Assembly: GCA_902464615.1 (NCBI GenBank)
Contig: CABQKA010000002.1
Coordinates: 35,408 to 99,407, forward strand
From: an uncultured Prevotella sp.
Lineage (GTDB): Bacteria > Bacteroidota > Bacteroidia > Bacteroidales > Bacteroidaceae
Reading direction: 5' to 3'
DNA length: 64,000 nt
Below are positions 21,457 through 31,362 of the stretch, in pieces (position 1 is the stretch's first letter; each line of letters opens with the position of its first letter). Under the pieces are notes generated by a model. It did no database searches. It saw only the letters and a program-made list of their open reading frames with translations, and had not been told where the DNA came from. Both the position numbers and the translations under genes were made by a program.

Positions 21457-22398
21457 TTATTTCTTGTCGGCCTTGACTTTGATTTTGTCGAATCCGGCGC
21501 CGAAGACGCCGATGACTTTCGACTGCGAGACGAAGGCGTTCGGGTCGATGTTCTGTATGATGCGGAAGATGATGGTGCTTTCCCGCTTCTTGGCCAGTAC
21601 GACGAGCACCTTGCGCTCGTGTTTCGTGTACCAGCCTTGCCCGTTGAGGACGGTGACGCCGCGGTGCATCTCGTTGATGGCGGCGGCGATTTCGTCGTAG
21701 TGCTGCGAGAAGATGAGGAACTGTACGGACTGCCGGCCGCGGTCTACGACGTAGTCGAGCAGCAGGTTGGTGATGATGAGCGTGCAGTAGCCGTAGAGCA
21801 GGCGGTTGATATCGCCGGAGGGCGTGAGCAGGCTCGAGGTGATGATGATTACGTCGCAGAGCATCATCATCTGTCCCAGGGTGACGTCCTTGTACTTGTT
21901 GATGATGGAGGCAATGATATCCGTCCCGCCGGTCGAGCCGTTGCTCAGGAAGACCAGGCCGATGCCGATGCCCTCAACGGCCGCGCCGAGGATGCACGAC
22001 ATGAACATGTTGTCGCGTACGATCTGGGGCAGCCCGCTGTTGGGGTTGAGGTAGAACATGCCGGGGTTGGTGGACGCTACGTGATGGAGCACCTCCTGGC
22101 AGAAGCCGAGCAGGAACGTGAGCATGAAGACGGCGTAGATGGTCTTTACACAGAACTTCCATCCCAGCACCTTGACGGCGATGGCCAGCAGGATGATGTT
22201 GACGACGAAGAACGTGTACTGCACGGGAAAGCCCGTGGCGTAGAAGATGACGGCGCCGGCGCCGGCGAGGCCTCCCGTCGTGATTTCGTAGGGAAGCTGG
22301 AAGCAGGTGAAGCCTACGGCGTAGCACACGAGCCCGAAGGTAATGACCAGGTAGTCGCGGAAATCCTGGAAGAAGGTAAACTTGATTTTGGTCGTCAT
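21457..22398 (-). CDS. YitT family membrane protein (DUF161/DUF2179)
   Basis: ITTGGLAG, GSTGGTDIIA, RGVTVLNGQGWYT, IDPNAFVS. Confidence 0.9.
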   Translation of the reverse strand: MTTKIKFTFFQDFRDYLVITFGLVCYAVGFTCFQLPYEITTGGLAGAGAVIFYATGFPVQYTFFVVNIILLAIAVKVLGWKFCVKTIYAVFMLTFLLGFCQEVLHHVASTNPGMFYLNPNSGLPQIVRDNMFMSCILGAAVEGIGIGLVFLSNGSTGGTDIIASIINKYKDVTLGQMMMLCDVIIITSSLLTPSGDINRLLYGYCTLIITNLLLDYVVDRGRQSVQFLIFSQHYDEIAAAINEMHRGVTVLNGQGWYTKHERKVLVVLAKKRESTIIFRIIQNIDPNAFVSQSKVIGVFGAGFDKIKVKADKK

Positions 22399-22408
22399 AC
22401 TCTGTGGT

Positions 22409-25255
22409 TTATCTTTTCAAGACAATGTTGACAATTTTCCCGGGCACGACAATGACTTTCACTACCTGGAAACCGTCGGTGTATTTCCGTGCCTGCTCGG
22501 CGGACAGGGCGGCGTGCTCTATCTCCTCGCGTGTGGCTCCGGCGGGCAGGTCTATCGTGAAGCGGGTCTTGCCGTTGAAGGAGACGGACAGGGTCTGCGT
22601 GTCCTCCTTGAGGTATTCTTCGTTCCACTCCGGCCAGCGGGCGTCGCACACCGTAGTGCCGTGGCCCAGCTGGTGCCACAGTTCCTCGGCGATGTGCGGG
22701 GCAAAGGGCGCGAGCAGTATGATGAACGGTTCGAGCACGGCGCGGCTGGTGCATTTCTGCTGGGAAAGCTCGCCGGCGGCTATCATGAAGGCTGCCACGC
22801 TGGTGTTGTAGGAGAAGGCCTCTATGTCCTCCGTCACTTTCTTTATGAGTTTGTGGAGCGACTTCAGGCTATCGCGCGTGGGGGCCTCGTCCGTGACGGC
22901 CAGGTTGCCGTCCTTTCCGAAGAACAAGTTCCAGGCGCGGCGCAGGAAGCGGTAGCAGCCGTCGATGCCGTTCGAGTCCCACGGCTTGCTCTGGCTGATG
23001 GGGCCGAGGAACATTTCGTAGAGACGGAGCGTGTCGGCGCCGTATTTCTCGATGATGGTGTCGGGGTTTACCACGTTGTACATGGATTTCGACATCTTTT
23101 CGACGGCCCATCCGCATACGTACTTTCCGTCCTCAAGGATAAACTCGGCGTTGCCGTACTCGGGCCGCCAGGCCTTGAAGGCTTCGATGTCGAGCTGGTC
23201 GTTCTGCACGAGGTTCACGTCTACGTGGAGCGGCGTCACGTCGTAATCTCCCTTCAGTCCGGCCGAGACGAATGTGTTCGTGTCCTTGATGCGGTAGACG
23301 AAGTTAGAGCGGCCTTGTATCATGCCTTGATTGATGAGCTTCAGGAACGGCTCGTCGGCGCACGAGATGCCGATGTCGAAGAGGAACTTGTCCCAGAAGC
23401 GGCTGTAGATGAGGTGCCCGGTGGCGTGTTCCGAGCCTCCGATGTAGAGGTCTACGGCCTGCCAGTAGCGGTCTGCTTCCGGGCTGACGAGGGCCTGGCC
23501 GTTGTGCGGGTCCATGTAGCGCAGGTAGTAGGCGGACGAGCCGGCGAATCCCGGCATGGTGTTCAGTTCGAGCGGGAACACGTGGCCCTCGCCGCTGCCG
23601 ATGCGTGCCTTGTCCGTGACGCAGCGCGCTTCTTCGTCCCATGCCCATTCCTGTGCGTTGCCTAAGGGCGGCTCGCCGCTTTCGGTGGGCAGGAACTTCG
23701 ACACCTCGGGCAGTTCGAGCGGGAGGCAGTCTTCGGGAATCATCTGCGGCATTCCCTCCTTATAATATACGGGGAACGGCTCGCCCCAGTAGCGCTGGCG
23801 GCTGAAGATGGCGTCGCGCAGGCGGTAGTTCACCTTCACGCGGCCCAGGCCGTGGTCCGTGACGAAGCGTTTCGTGGCGGCTATGCCCTCCTTTACTTCC
23901 AGGCCGTTGAGCGAGAAGCCGTCGAGGGCCTCGACGCCGGCCCGCGGGCTGTTCATGACGATGCCTTCTTTCGCGTCGAAACTCTGCTCGGAGACGTCGG
24001 CTCCTTCGATGAGCGGGACGACGGGCAGGCCAAAGTGGCGTGCGAAGGCGTAGTCGCGCGAGTCGTGTGCGGGGACGGCCATGATGGCCCCTGTCCCGTA
24101 GCCCGCCAGTACGTAGTCGCTCACCCAGATGGGTATGGACTCGCCCGTGAAGGGATTCAAGGCGTAGGAGCCTGTGAAGACGCCCGTGACGCGGCGGTCG
24201 GCGATGCGCTCGCGCTCCGTGCGCTTCTTGGTGGCTTCGAGGTAGGCCTCTACTTCGGCTTTCTGCCCGGCGCGGGTCACGAGCGGCACGAGTCCGCTTT
24301 CGGGGGCGAGGACCATGAACGTGACGCCGAAGATGGTGTCGGCGCGCGTGGTGAAGATGGTGAAGCGCACGTCGCTGTCTTTCACGCGGAACTCCATTTC
24401 CGTGCCTTCGGAGCGGCCTATCCAGTTGCGCTGCGTCTCCTTGAGCGAGTCGGACCAGTCGATGCGCTCCAGCCCGTCGAGCAGGCGCTGGGCGTAGGCC
24501 GAGACGCGCAGGCACCACTGTCGCATGCGTTTCTGCACCACGGGGTAGCCGCCGCGCTCCGAGACGCCGTCGACGACTTCGTCGTTGGCCAGTACGGTGC
24601 CCAGCTTCGGGCACCAGTTCACCATCGTCTCGCCCAGGTAGGCGATGCGGTAGTTCATGAGCACTTCCTGCCGGCGCTTCCAGTCCATGGCGCGCCACTC
24701 TTCGGCCGTGAAGTGCAGTTCTTCGGAGCAGGCCGCGTCGACGCCCTCGGTGCCGTGGGCCTCAAACGCTTCGGCCAGGCGGCTGATGGGCTGCGCCTTG
24801 CCGCACGTGTTGCAGTAGTACGAGTTGAACATCTGCTCGAAGGCCCATTGTGTCCAGTGGTAATACGCGGGGTCGCAGGTGCGCACCTCGCGGTCCCAGT
24901 CGAACGAGAATCCGATTTTGTCCAGCTGCTCGCGGTAGCGCGCGATGTTGCGCGCCGTGGTGACGGCGGGGTGCTGCCCCGTCTGTATGGCATATTGCTC
25001 GGCGGGGAGCCCGTAGGCGTCGTAGCCCATGGGGTTGAGCACGTTGAAGCCGCGCAGGCGCTTGTAGCGCGCGTAGATGTCCGAGGCGATGTAGCCCAGG
25101 GGATGGCCCACGTGGAGACCGGCGCCCGAGGGGTAAGGGAACATATTGAGTACGTAGAACTTGGGCCGCGACGTGTCTTCCGTCACGTGGTAGGTCTTTT
25201 CGTCGGCCCACGCCTGCTGCCACTTCTTTTCTATCTCTTTGAAATTATAGTCCAT
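22409..25255 (-). CDS. leuS: Leucine--tRNA ligase
   Basis: [14 protein letters not shown] (HIGH), KMSKS, CP1 editing [12 protein letters not shown]. Confidence 0.98.
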   Translation of the reverse strand: MDYNFKEIEKKWQQAWADEKTYHVTEDTSRPKFYVLNMFPYPSGAGLHVGHPLGYIASDIYARYKRLRGFNVLNPMGYDAYGLPAEQYAIQTGQHPAVTTARNIARYREQLDKIGFSFDWDREVRTCDPAYYHWTQWAFEQMFNSYYCNTCGKAQPISRLAEAFEAHGTEGVDAACSEELHFTAEEWRAMDWKRRQEVLMNYRIAYLGETMVNWCPKLGTVLANDEVVDGVSERGGYPVVQKRMRQWCLRVSAYAQRLLDGLERIDWSDSLKETQRNWIGRSEGTEMEFRVKDSDVRFTIFTTRADTIFGVTFMVLAPESGLVPLVTRAGQKAEVEAYLEATKKRTERERIADRRVTGVFTGSYALNPFTGESIPIWVSDYVLAGYGTGAIMAVPAHDSRDYAFARHFGLPVVPLIEGADVSEQSFDAKEGIVMNSPRAGVEALDGFSLNGLEVKEGIAATKRFVTDHGLGRVKVNYRLRDAIFSRQRYWGEPFPVYYKEGMPQMIPEDCLPLELPEVSKFLPTESGEPPLGNAQEWAWDEEARCVTDKARIGSGEGHVFPLELNTMPGFAGSSAYYLRYMDPHNGQALVSPEADRYWQAVDLYIGGSEHATGHLIYSRFWDKFLFDIGISCADEPFLKLINQGMIQGRSNFVYRIKDTNTFVSAGLKGDYDVTPLHVDVNLVQNDQLDIEAFKAWRPEYGNAEFILEDGKYVCGWAVEKMSKSMYNVVNPDTIIEKYGADTLRLYEMFLGPISQSKPWDSNGIDGCYRFLRRAWNLFFGKDGNLAVTDEAPTRDSLKSLHKLIKKVTEDIEAFSYNTSVAAFMIAAGELSQQKCTSRAVLEPFIILLAPFAPHIAEELWHQLGHGTTVCDARWPEWNEEYLKEDTQTLSVSFNGKTRFTIDLPAGATREEIEHAALSAEQARKYTDGFQVVKVIVVPGKIVNIVLKR

Positions 25256-25297
25256 GGTCTATGGGGTGTAGGTGTTTCTTCTTTGTAATTCCGGCGG

Positions 25298-25305
25298 CAA
25301 AGATA
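25298..25305 (-). promoter_or_regulatory. sigma-A -7 box for leuS-yitT-mutS
   Basis: TATCTTTG on minus strand. Confidence 0.7.
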
Positions 25306-25357
25306 CTAACTTTTTTGCGACATTTGTCTGCTTTTCACACGAACTTCACACGGCGGT

Positions 25358-25416
25358 GCGGGCCTTAGCCCCGTGGCTACGGGGATAGGGCGCGGAGACA
25401 CGGGGCTAAGGCCCGT
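25358..25416. repeat. 21-bp-period palindromic array, locus E (3 units; outer units a perfect 17-bp inverted pair)
   Basis: Cores CTTAG 25364, ATAGG 25385, CTAAG 25406. Confidence 0.9.
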
Positions 25417-25467
25417 TGCCCGCGGCGCGGCGGGGTGCTGACGGGCCTCTACGGCGCGTCAGGGCAC

Positions 25468-25530
25468 AAAAAAAGGGATACCGCTGTATCCCAACCTTGT
25501 TAACCTTAAATCTAATACTATGAAAAACAC
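25468..25530 (-). ncRNA. Candidate stand-alone small RNA (~63 nt)
   Basis: Minus-strand TATCTTTG box at 25535-25542 with TTG ~19 bp upstream; AU-rich body; terminator GGGATAC-agcg-GTATCCC + T7. Confidence 0.7.
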
Positions 25531-25824
25531 ACTGCAAAGATACGCAGCTTCCCATAACCGGCAAGGGCTTTCCCTTACTTTTTCGTCGCAAATAGTATTT
25601 TTTAATAGAAGCGCTGTCTATTTGTAAGGTTTGTTGCTCGTTCGGGGTTGAAAAAGTCAGTATTTCCCGCAGTCCGCCCGTTTGTGTCCGCGCTCCCCGC
25701 CCGCACCGGGCGGATGTTTTTGTATTAAATAACAAGGGTAAATTTGTCTGTTTGCCTGCAATTGTATAATTTAGCCGCGCTACTCCCTATTTTCACACTA
25801 ACCTAACAAATCTGGTACGGAGGT

Positions 25825-27735
25825 ATGCTTATGGTACTGTTGTTTTCCCTTTCTGAATGGCTCGCCGCCCCCGGGGTGCAGGCCGGCATTACGGTTTTCA
25901 TTTTCGTGGCCACCGTTGTGGCGTTTATCATTAACAAGGTGCGGGCGGACATCGTGGCGCTCTGCTCGATGGCTGCCTTGCTGCTGACGGGCGTCATCTC
26001 GCCGAAGGACGCGCTCTCCGGCTTTTCCAATTCGGCGGTAGTCATCATGGTGGGACTTTTCGTAGTGGGCGGGGCCATTTTCCAGACGGGACTTGCCAAA
26101 AGCATCAGCGGCCGCCTGCTGCGACTGGCCGGCACGAGCGAGAAACGCCTCTTCTTCCTCGTGCTGCTCGTGACGGCTTCCGTGGCCGCCTTCGTGAGCA
26201 ACACGGGCACAGTGGCCTTGCTCCTGCCCATCGTCCTGGCCATGTCGAAAACGGCGGGCGTCAGCCCCTCGAAGCTGATGATGCCCCTGGCCTTTGCCAG
26301 CAGCATGGGCGGCATCATTACGCTCATCGGCACACCGCCCAACCTCATCGTGGACGGCTATCTGCGCGACAACGGCCTGCCCGGCTTCTCCTTCTTCGAC
26401 TTCACGCCCATCGGGCTTATCTGCCTGGCCACGGGGCTGGTGTTCCTCTATCCCCTGTGCCGCTTCTTCCTGAGAAAGCGCGGCGCCGACACGAGCGAGG
26501 CCGAGGAGGAACCTTCGCTCGGCAGCCTGCTCCAGGCCTACCACATCAGCGACTGCGTGTTCCGCCTGCGTCCGGACGAACGGCACGCCCCGCTCAAGCC
26601 CTTTTCGGTGGCGGAGATGGACATACGCCGCCGCTACGGGGTCACGGTGCTTGAGGTCCGCCACGACGCGCATACGCTCTTCGGCTCGCCGGGGCAGGTG
26701 GTGGCCCGCCCGGATACGGTGCTGACGGGCACGGAGACGCTTTATGTCCTGGGCCGCCGCGAGCGCGTGGAACAGCTTGCGCGCGACCTGCACTACGCCG
26801 TGGCCGACGACGGCGAGCGCGGCGGGATGAACAAGCTGGACTTCTACGAAATAGGGCTGGCCGAGGTGCTCATCACGCCCGAATCGGCCCTGATCAACCG
26901 GCCGCTGCGCGCGGAGAACTTCGCCGAGCGCTTCGGCATCAATGTCCTGGCCATCAAGCGCGGCGGACACTACCTTTTCGAGAACATCATAGACCTGAAG
27001 GTGAAGTCGGGCGACATGCTCCTGGTCCACGGCGCCTGGCAAGGCATAGAAAGCATGGCGCGGAAACGGCGCGAGTGGATCGTCATAGGCAGTCCCACGG
27101 AGACGGCCGAGCAAGTACCCTTGAGCCACAAGGCGCCGCTGGCCGCCGTCATCATGGTACTCATGGTGCTGGCGATGGTATTCTCGGACTATATCGGCGT
27201 GCCGCCCGTGGCGTCGGTCATCGTGGCCGGGCTGCTCATGGTGCTCACCCGCTGCGTGCGCAGTGTCGACGCGGCCTACAAGATGATTGGCTGGGAGAGC
27301 ATCGTGCTCATTGCGGCCATGATGCCTATGAGCACGGCGCTTTCCAATACGGGCATCTCGCGGTGGATAGCCGAAACCATTGTCAATTCGCTCCAGACGT
27401 TCGGTCCCTATGCGGTCCTTGCCGCGGTCTACTTTGTCACGTCGCTCCTCTCTACGTTTATCAGCAATTCGGCTACGGCCATCCTTGTGGCGCCTATCGC
27501 CTGGCAGGCGGCCATAGGGCTTGACGGTGCCAGCCCGGCCCCCTTCATGATGACGGCGGCCGTAGCGGCCAGCGCCTGCTTCGCCACGCCTATCTGCACG
27601 CCGCCCAACGCGATGGTGATGAACGCCGGTCATTATACATTTATGGACTACGTGCGTGTGGGCCTTCCCTTGCAGGTCATCATGGGCATCATCGCCGTGC
27701 TGGTCATTCCGCTTTTCTTCCCGTTCTACGCCTGA
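25825..27735 (+). CDS. SLC13 family permease with TrkA-C domains
   Basis: AFVSNTGTVA, TLIGTPPNLIV, TFISNSATA, FATPICTPPNAMVM..G.Y.F.DY; -7 box TAAATTTG at 25739-25746. Confidence 0.9.
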   Translation: MLMVLLFSLSEWLAAPGVQAGITVFIFVATVVAFIINKVRADIVALCSMAALLLTGVISPKDALSGFSNSAVVIMVGLFVVGGAIFQTGLAKSISGRLLRLAGTSEKRLFFLVLLVTASVAAFVSNTGTVALLLPIVLAMSKTAGVSPSKLMMPLAFASSMGGIITLIGTPPNLIVDGYLRDNGLPGFSFFDFTPIGLICLATGLVFLYPLCRFFLRKRGADTSEAEEEPSLGSLLQAYHISDCVFRLRPDERHAPLKPFSVAEMDIRRRYGVTVLEVRHDAHTLFGSPGQVVARPDTVLTGTETLYVLGRRERVEQLARDLHYAVADDGERGGMNKLDFYEIGLAEVLITPESALINRPLRAENFAERFGINVLAIKRGGHYLFENIIDLKVKSGDMLLVHGAWQGIESMARKRREWIVIGSPTETAEQVPLSHKAPLAAVIMVLMVLAMVFSDYIGVPPVASVIVAGLLMVLTRCVRSVDAAYKMIGWESIVLIAAMMPMSTALSNTGISRWIAETIVNSLQTFGPYAVLAAVYFVTSLLSTFISNSATAILVAPIAWQAAIGLDGASPAPFMMTAAVAASACFATPICTPPNAMVMNAGHYTFMDYVRVGLPLQVIMGIIAVLVIPLFFPFYA

Positions 27736-27753
27736 CGTGCCGGGACAAGACGC

Positions 27754-27797
27754 AGCATCCCCCGCCGCTGACGGACAGCGGCGGGGGATGCTTTTTC
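27754..27797 (+). terminator. Intrinsic terminator between SLC13 gene and ribD
   Basis: 17-bp perfect stem AGCATCCCCCGCCGCTG/CAGCGGCGGGGGATGCT + T-tract. Confidence 0.85.
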
Positions 27798-27814
27798 ATG
27801 GCTTGGGGTGGCGG

Positions 27815-28801
27815 TCAGTCGTCGGCCGGATTTGTCCAATGGTGCACGGGCACGCCCCAGCAGTTTTCCACCTCAAGGTCCGTGCCGAAAGGAATGCGCG
27901 GGGCCGGTACGCCGCTGCCCAGCCGCAGGGCGGAAACCTCCTCCCAGGCTTCGTCCCATAGCCCGCGGTCTATGAAGGACTGGAGCGTCTGCAGTCCGCC
28001 TTCGACCAGCACGGACTGCAACCCGCGGCGGTGAAGGCCCACAAGCAGCGTGTCGATGTCGGCATAGGCGGCGAAGCCCGGCGGCATCTCGCCCTCGGCC
28101 ACGCGGCCCAGGACGATGCGGACGGGGTCTTTCCCGGCCCAGTGCCGGACGGTGAGCGCCGGTTTGTCGAGCAGCAGGGTGCGGTGTCCCACGACGATGG
28201 CTTGGTGCTGCGCCCTAAGGCGGTGAACGCGCATGAGGGTGCGTGGCGTGGAAAGCTGCGCCGGCGGCTCGCTGCCGTCCGTGCGCCAGCGGTCTATGAA
28301 ACCGTCGCGCGAGCGTGCCCATTTCAGGGTGATGTAGGGCCGTTGCTGCGTCTGGAAAGTGATGAAGCGGCGGTTCAGTGCCAGACATTCGGCCTCGAGG
28401 ACGCCGACGGTGACTTCGATGCCCGCCTCGCGCAGCATCCGGATGCCTTGTCCGTGAACGCGGGCAAAGGGGTCCACGCAGCCCACTACGACGCGCGGGA
28501 TGCCCGTGCGGACAATGAGCGCGGCGCACGGCGGTGTCCGCCCGTAGTGGGAGCATGGTTCGAGGCTCACGTAGAGCGTGGCGGCGCCGAGAAGGGCGCG
28601 GTCCGCCGCGCGGACGGACCGTATGGCGTTGACTTCGGCGTGGGCCTGTCCGCAGTGGACGTGGTAGCCCTCGCCAAGGATGCGGCCCTCGTGGACCAGG
28701 ACGGCGCCTACCATCGGGTTGGGCGGGGCGCCGGCCATGCCGTTGCGGGCCAGTTGGATGCAGCGGCGCATCCATTTCTCGTGTTCGTTTGTGATGGGCA
28801 T
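27815..28801 (-). CDS. ribD: Riboflavin biosynthesis deaminase/reductase RibD
   Basis: PNPMVGAV, HAEVNA, SLEPCSHYGRTPPC, LKWARSRDG, VLVEGG. Confidence 0.95.
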   Translation of the reverse strand: MPITNEHEKWMRRCIQLARNGMAGAPPNPMVGAVLVHEGRILGEGYHVHCGQAHAEVNAIRSVRAADRALLGAATLYVSLEPCSHYGRTPPCAALIVRTGIPRVVVGCVDPFARVHGQGIRMLREAGIEVTVGVLEAECLALNRRFITFQTQQRPYITLKWARSRDGFIDRWRTDGSEPPAQLSTPRTLMRVHRLRAQHQAIVVGHRTLLLDKPALTVRHWAGKDPVRIVLGRVAEGEMPPGFAAYADIDTLLVGLHRRGLQSVLVEGGLQTLQSFIDRGLWDEAWEEVSALRLGSGVPAPRIPFGTDLEVENCWGVPVHHWTNPADD

Positions 28802-28912
28802 GAGGAGGTGACAGTTTGGTCTGGGATATGGAGTTCCACCCAATTGCCGCGCGGCTTGAAATGCAACGCCGGGCTTGGCCCGTCGGCCGCGGTGTATTAA
28901 CTTTGCAGGGCT

Positions 28913-29773
28913 ATGTCTCCATACTACGAATTTTTGCGTGAAGCCTTGCGGTCCTGTTATGAAGGGCGCGAGGCCCGTGCCGTGGCTTTACTCGTGCTGG
29001 AGGAAGGGTTCGGCATCCCGCGGCTCGACGTCTACGCCGACAAAGTTAGGCATTTTTCGGAAGAAGAGCGGCAGCGGCTCCGCGATATTTCCCGCCGGCT
29101 GGCGGCAGGCGACCCCGTGCAGTACGTCCTGGGCCGGGCGGATTTCTGCGGCTTGCGCCTGAAGGTGACGCCCGACACACTGATACCGCGGCCGGAGACA
29201 GAGGAACTCGTGGCCTGGGCGGTGGCGGAGTGTGCCGGCGCCCGGCGCGTGCTCGATGCCGGAACGGGAAGCGGCTGCATTGCCGTAGCTTTGGCCCGCG
29301 CCCTTCCGCAAGCGTGGGTGGAGGCATGGGACGTCTCGGCAGGGGCACTGGCCGTGGCGGCGGAAAATGCGGCGGCCTGTGGCGTCGGCGTACATTGCAG
29401 ACGACGCGACCTGTTGGCGCCGCAGCCGGACGCCGGGCCGTTTGACCTGATCGTCAGCAACCCGCCCTACGTCCGCGAGTCCGAACGGGCAGGTATGGAG
29501 GCCCGTGTGCTGGAACACGAGCCGGCCACGGCCCTCTTTGTCCCGGACGCCGACCCGCTGCGTTTTTATCGCGCCTTGGCGGAACTGGGGCGGCGGAGCC
29601 TGGCGCCGGGCGGGCGGATATACGTGGAAATCAACGCGGCCCTCGGTCCGCAGACGGCGGAATGCTTCGCTGCGGCCGGATATGCCGATGTGGAACTCCG
29701 GCGCGATGCTTTCGGGCGCAGCCGCATGGTGAAGGCCGTGCGCGCCCTCTCCCCCGCCCCACCGGGCTGCTGA
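28913..29773 (+). CDS. prmC: Release factor glutamine methyltransferase
   Basis: LIPRPETEELV, LDAGTGSGCIA, IVSNPPY. Confidence 0.95.
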   Translation: MSPYYEFLREALRSCYEGREARAVALLVLEEGFGIPRLDVYADKVRHFSEEERQRLRDISRRLAAGDPVQYVLGRADFCGLRLKVTPDTLIPRPETEELVAWAVAECAGARRVLDAGTGSGCIAVALARALPQAWVEAWDVSAGALAVAAENAAACGVGVHCRRRDLLAPQPDAGPFDLIVSNPPYVRESERAGMEARVLEHEPATALFVPDADPLRFYRALAELGRRSLAPGGRIYVEINAALGPQTAECFAAAGYADVELRRDAFGRSRMVKAVRALSPAPPGC

Positions 29774-29872
29774 CAGGCGGCGCGGCGGCGATTCTGGGGC
29801 TGTAAGGGCGGTGCAGGGCTGATTTTTATATTAACTTTGCAGGCGCGAAGATTATTCAATTAACTCATATAC

Positions 29873-31291
29873 ATGGAAAAAGATTTGTTTACCTTGTCGC
29901 CCTACCGGGTGGCAGACATGTCCTTGGCCGGCTTCGGGCGCAAGGAAGTGGAGATTGCCGAACACGAGATGCCCGGCCTCATGGCGTTGCGCGAAAAGTA
30001 TGGCGCAGCCCGCCCGTTGGCAGGCGCCCGCGTCATGGGCTCGCTTCACATGACCATCCAGACCGCCGTGCTTATCGAGACGCTGGCGGCCCTGGGAGCT
30101 GAGGTGCGTTGGAGTTCGTGCAACATCTATTCCACGCAGGACCACGCCGCAGCCGCGATGGCCGAGGCCGGGCACGGTGTCTACGCATGGAAGGGCGAGT
30201 CGCTCGATGAATACTGGTGGTGCGCGCTCCAGGCCATGAACTTTCCCGGCGGCCGCACGCCCGACCTCATTGTCGACGATGGCGGCGACGCCACATTAAT
30301 GGTCCACCTCGGCGTACAGGCCGAGAAAGACCCCTCCGTACTTGATACGCCTTCGGGAAGCGGGGACGAAGCGGCGCTGAAGCGTTGCCTGAAGCGCGTC
30401 CTGCAGGAACGGCCCGGGTTCTGGACAAAGCTGGCCGCCGGCATTAAGGGCGTGAGCGAGGAGACCACGACGGGCGTCCACCGCCTGTATCAGATGATGG
30501 AGCGCGGTGAGCTGCTTTTCCCCGCCTATAATGTGAACGACTCGGTGACGAAGTCCAAGTTCGACAACCTGTACGGCTGCCGCGAGTCGCTGGCCGACGG
30601 CATCAAGCGGGCTACGGACGTGATGATTGCCGGCAAGGTGGCCGTCGTGGCCGGCTACGGGGAAGTGGGCAAAGGCTGCGCCCAAAGCCTGCGTTCCTAC
30701 GGTGCGCGGGTCATCGTCACCGAGATAGACCCGATTTGCGCCCTCCAGGCGGCCATGGAGGGTTACGAAGTGCTGACAATGGACGAGGCCGCGCCTCTGG
30801 GTAATATCTTCGTCACGGCGACGGGTAACATAGACGTCATCACGACAGACCACATGGCCGCCATGCCCGACCAGGCTATTGTCTGCAATATCGGCCATTT
30901 CGACAGCGAGATACAGGTGGAGGCCTTGAAGCGGGTTCCGGGCATCGAGGTGACGAACATCAAGCCGCAGGTCGATTCGTACCGCTTCCCGGACGGACAC
31001 CGCATCACGCTTCTGGCGGACGGGCGGCTGGTCAACTTGGGCTGTGCCACCGGGCATCCTTCTTTTGTCATGTCCAACTCTTTCACGAACCAGACGCTAG
31101 CGCAAATGGAGCTTTTCGCCCATTCCCACGAAGTCGGCGTCTATCGTTTGCCGAAGCGGCTCGACGAAGAGGTGGCGCGGCTCCATCTGGCGCGCATCGG
31201 CGTGCATCTGACGACGCTCACGGCCGCGCAGGCTGACTACATCGGCGTGCCCGTCGAAGGGCCGTATAAAGCTGAACATTACCGTTACTAA
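29873..31291 (+). CDS. ahcY: Adenosylhomocysteinase
   Basis: [57 protein letters not shown]; -7 box TAACTTTG at 29832-29839. Confidence 0.98.
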   Translation: MEKDLFTLSPYRVADMSLAGFGRKEVEIAEHEMPGLMALREKYGAARPLAGARVMGSLHMTIQTAVLIETLAALGAEVRWSSCNIYSTQDHAAAAMAEAGHGVYAWKGESLDEYWWCALQAMNFPGGRTPDLIVDDGGDATLMVHLGVQAEKDPSVLDTPSGSGDEAALKRCLKRVLQERPGFWTKLAAGIKGVSEETTTGVHRLYQMMERGELLFPAYNVNDSVTKSKFDNLYGCRESLADGIKRATDVMIAGKVAVVAGYGEVGKGCAQSLRSYGARVIVTEIDPICALQAAMEGYEVLTMDEAAPLGNIFVTATGNIDVITTDHMAAMPDQAIVCNIGHFDSEIQVEALKRVPGIEVTNIKPQVDSYRFPDGHRITLLADGRLVNLGCATGHPSFVMSNSFTNQTLAQMELFAHSHEVGVYRLPKRLDEEVARLHLARIGVHLTTLTAAQADYIGVPVEGPYKAEHYRY

Positions 31292-31362
31292 TCCCCTACC
31301 CGCCCGGAGCGTCCGCCTCACCCGCAGGCCGTTCCGGGCGGCTTAATTCTTTCACACACATC

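Noticed and set aside
25520..25627. 35-aa + strand ORF antisense to the sRNA (type I toxin-antitoxin?)
   Set aside because: No + strand promoter box or terminator seen, and the peptide lacks a clear transmembrane helix; promoter and terminator both point to the minus strand
29774..29872. SAH/SAM riboswitch upstream of ahcY
   Set aside because: The promoter box is only ~33 nt before the ATG, leaving no room for an aptamer
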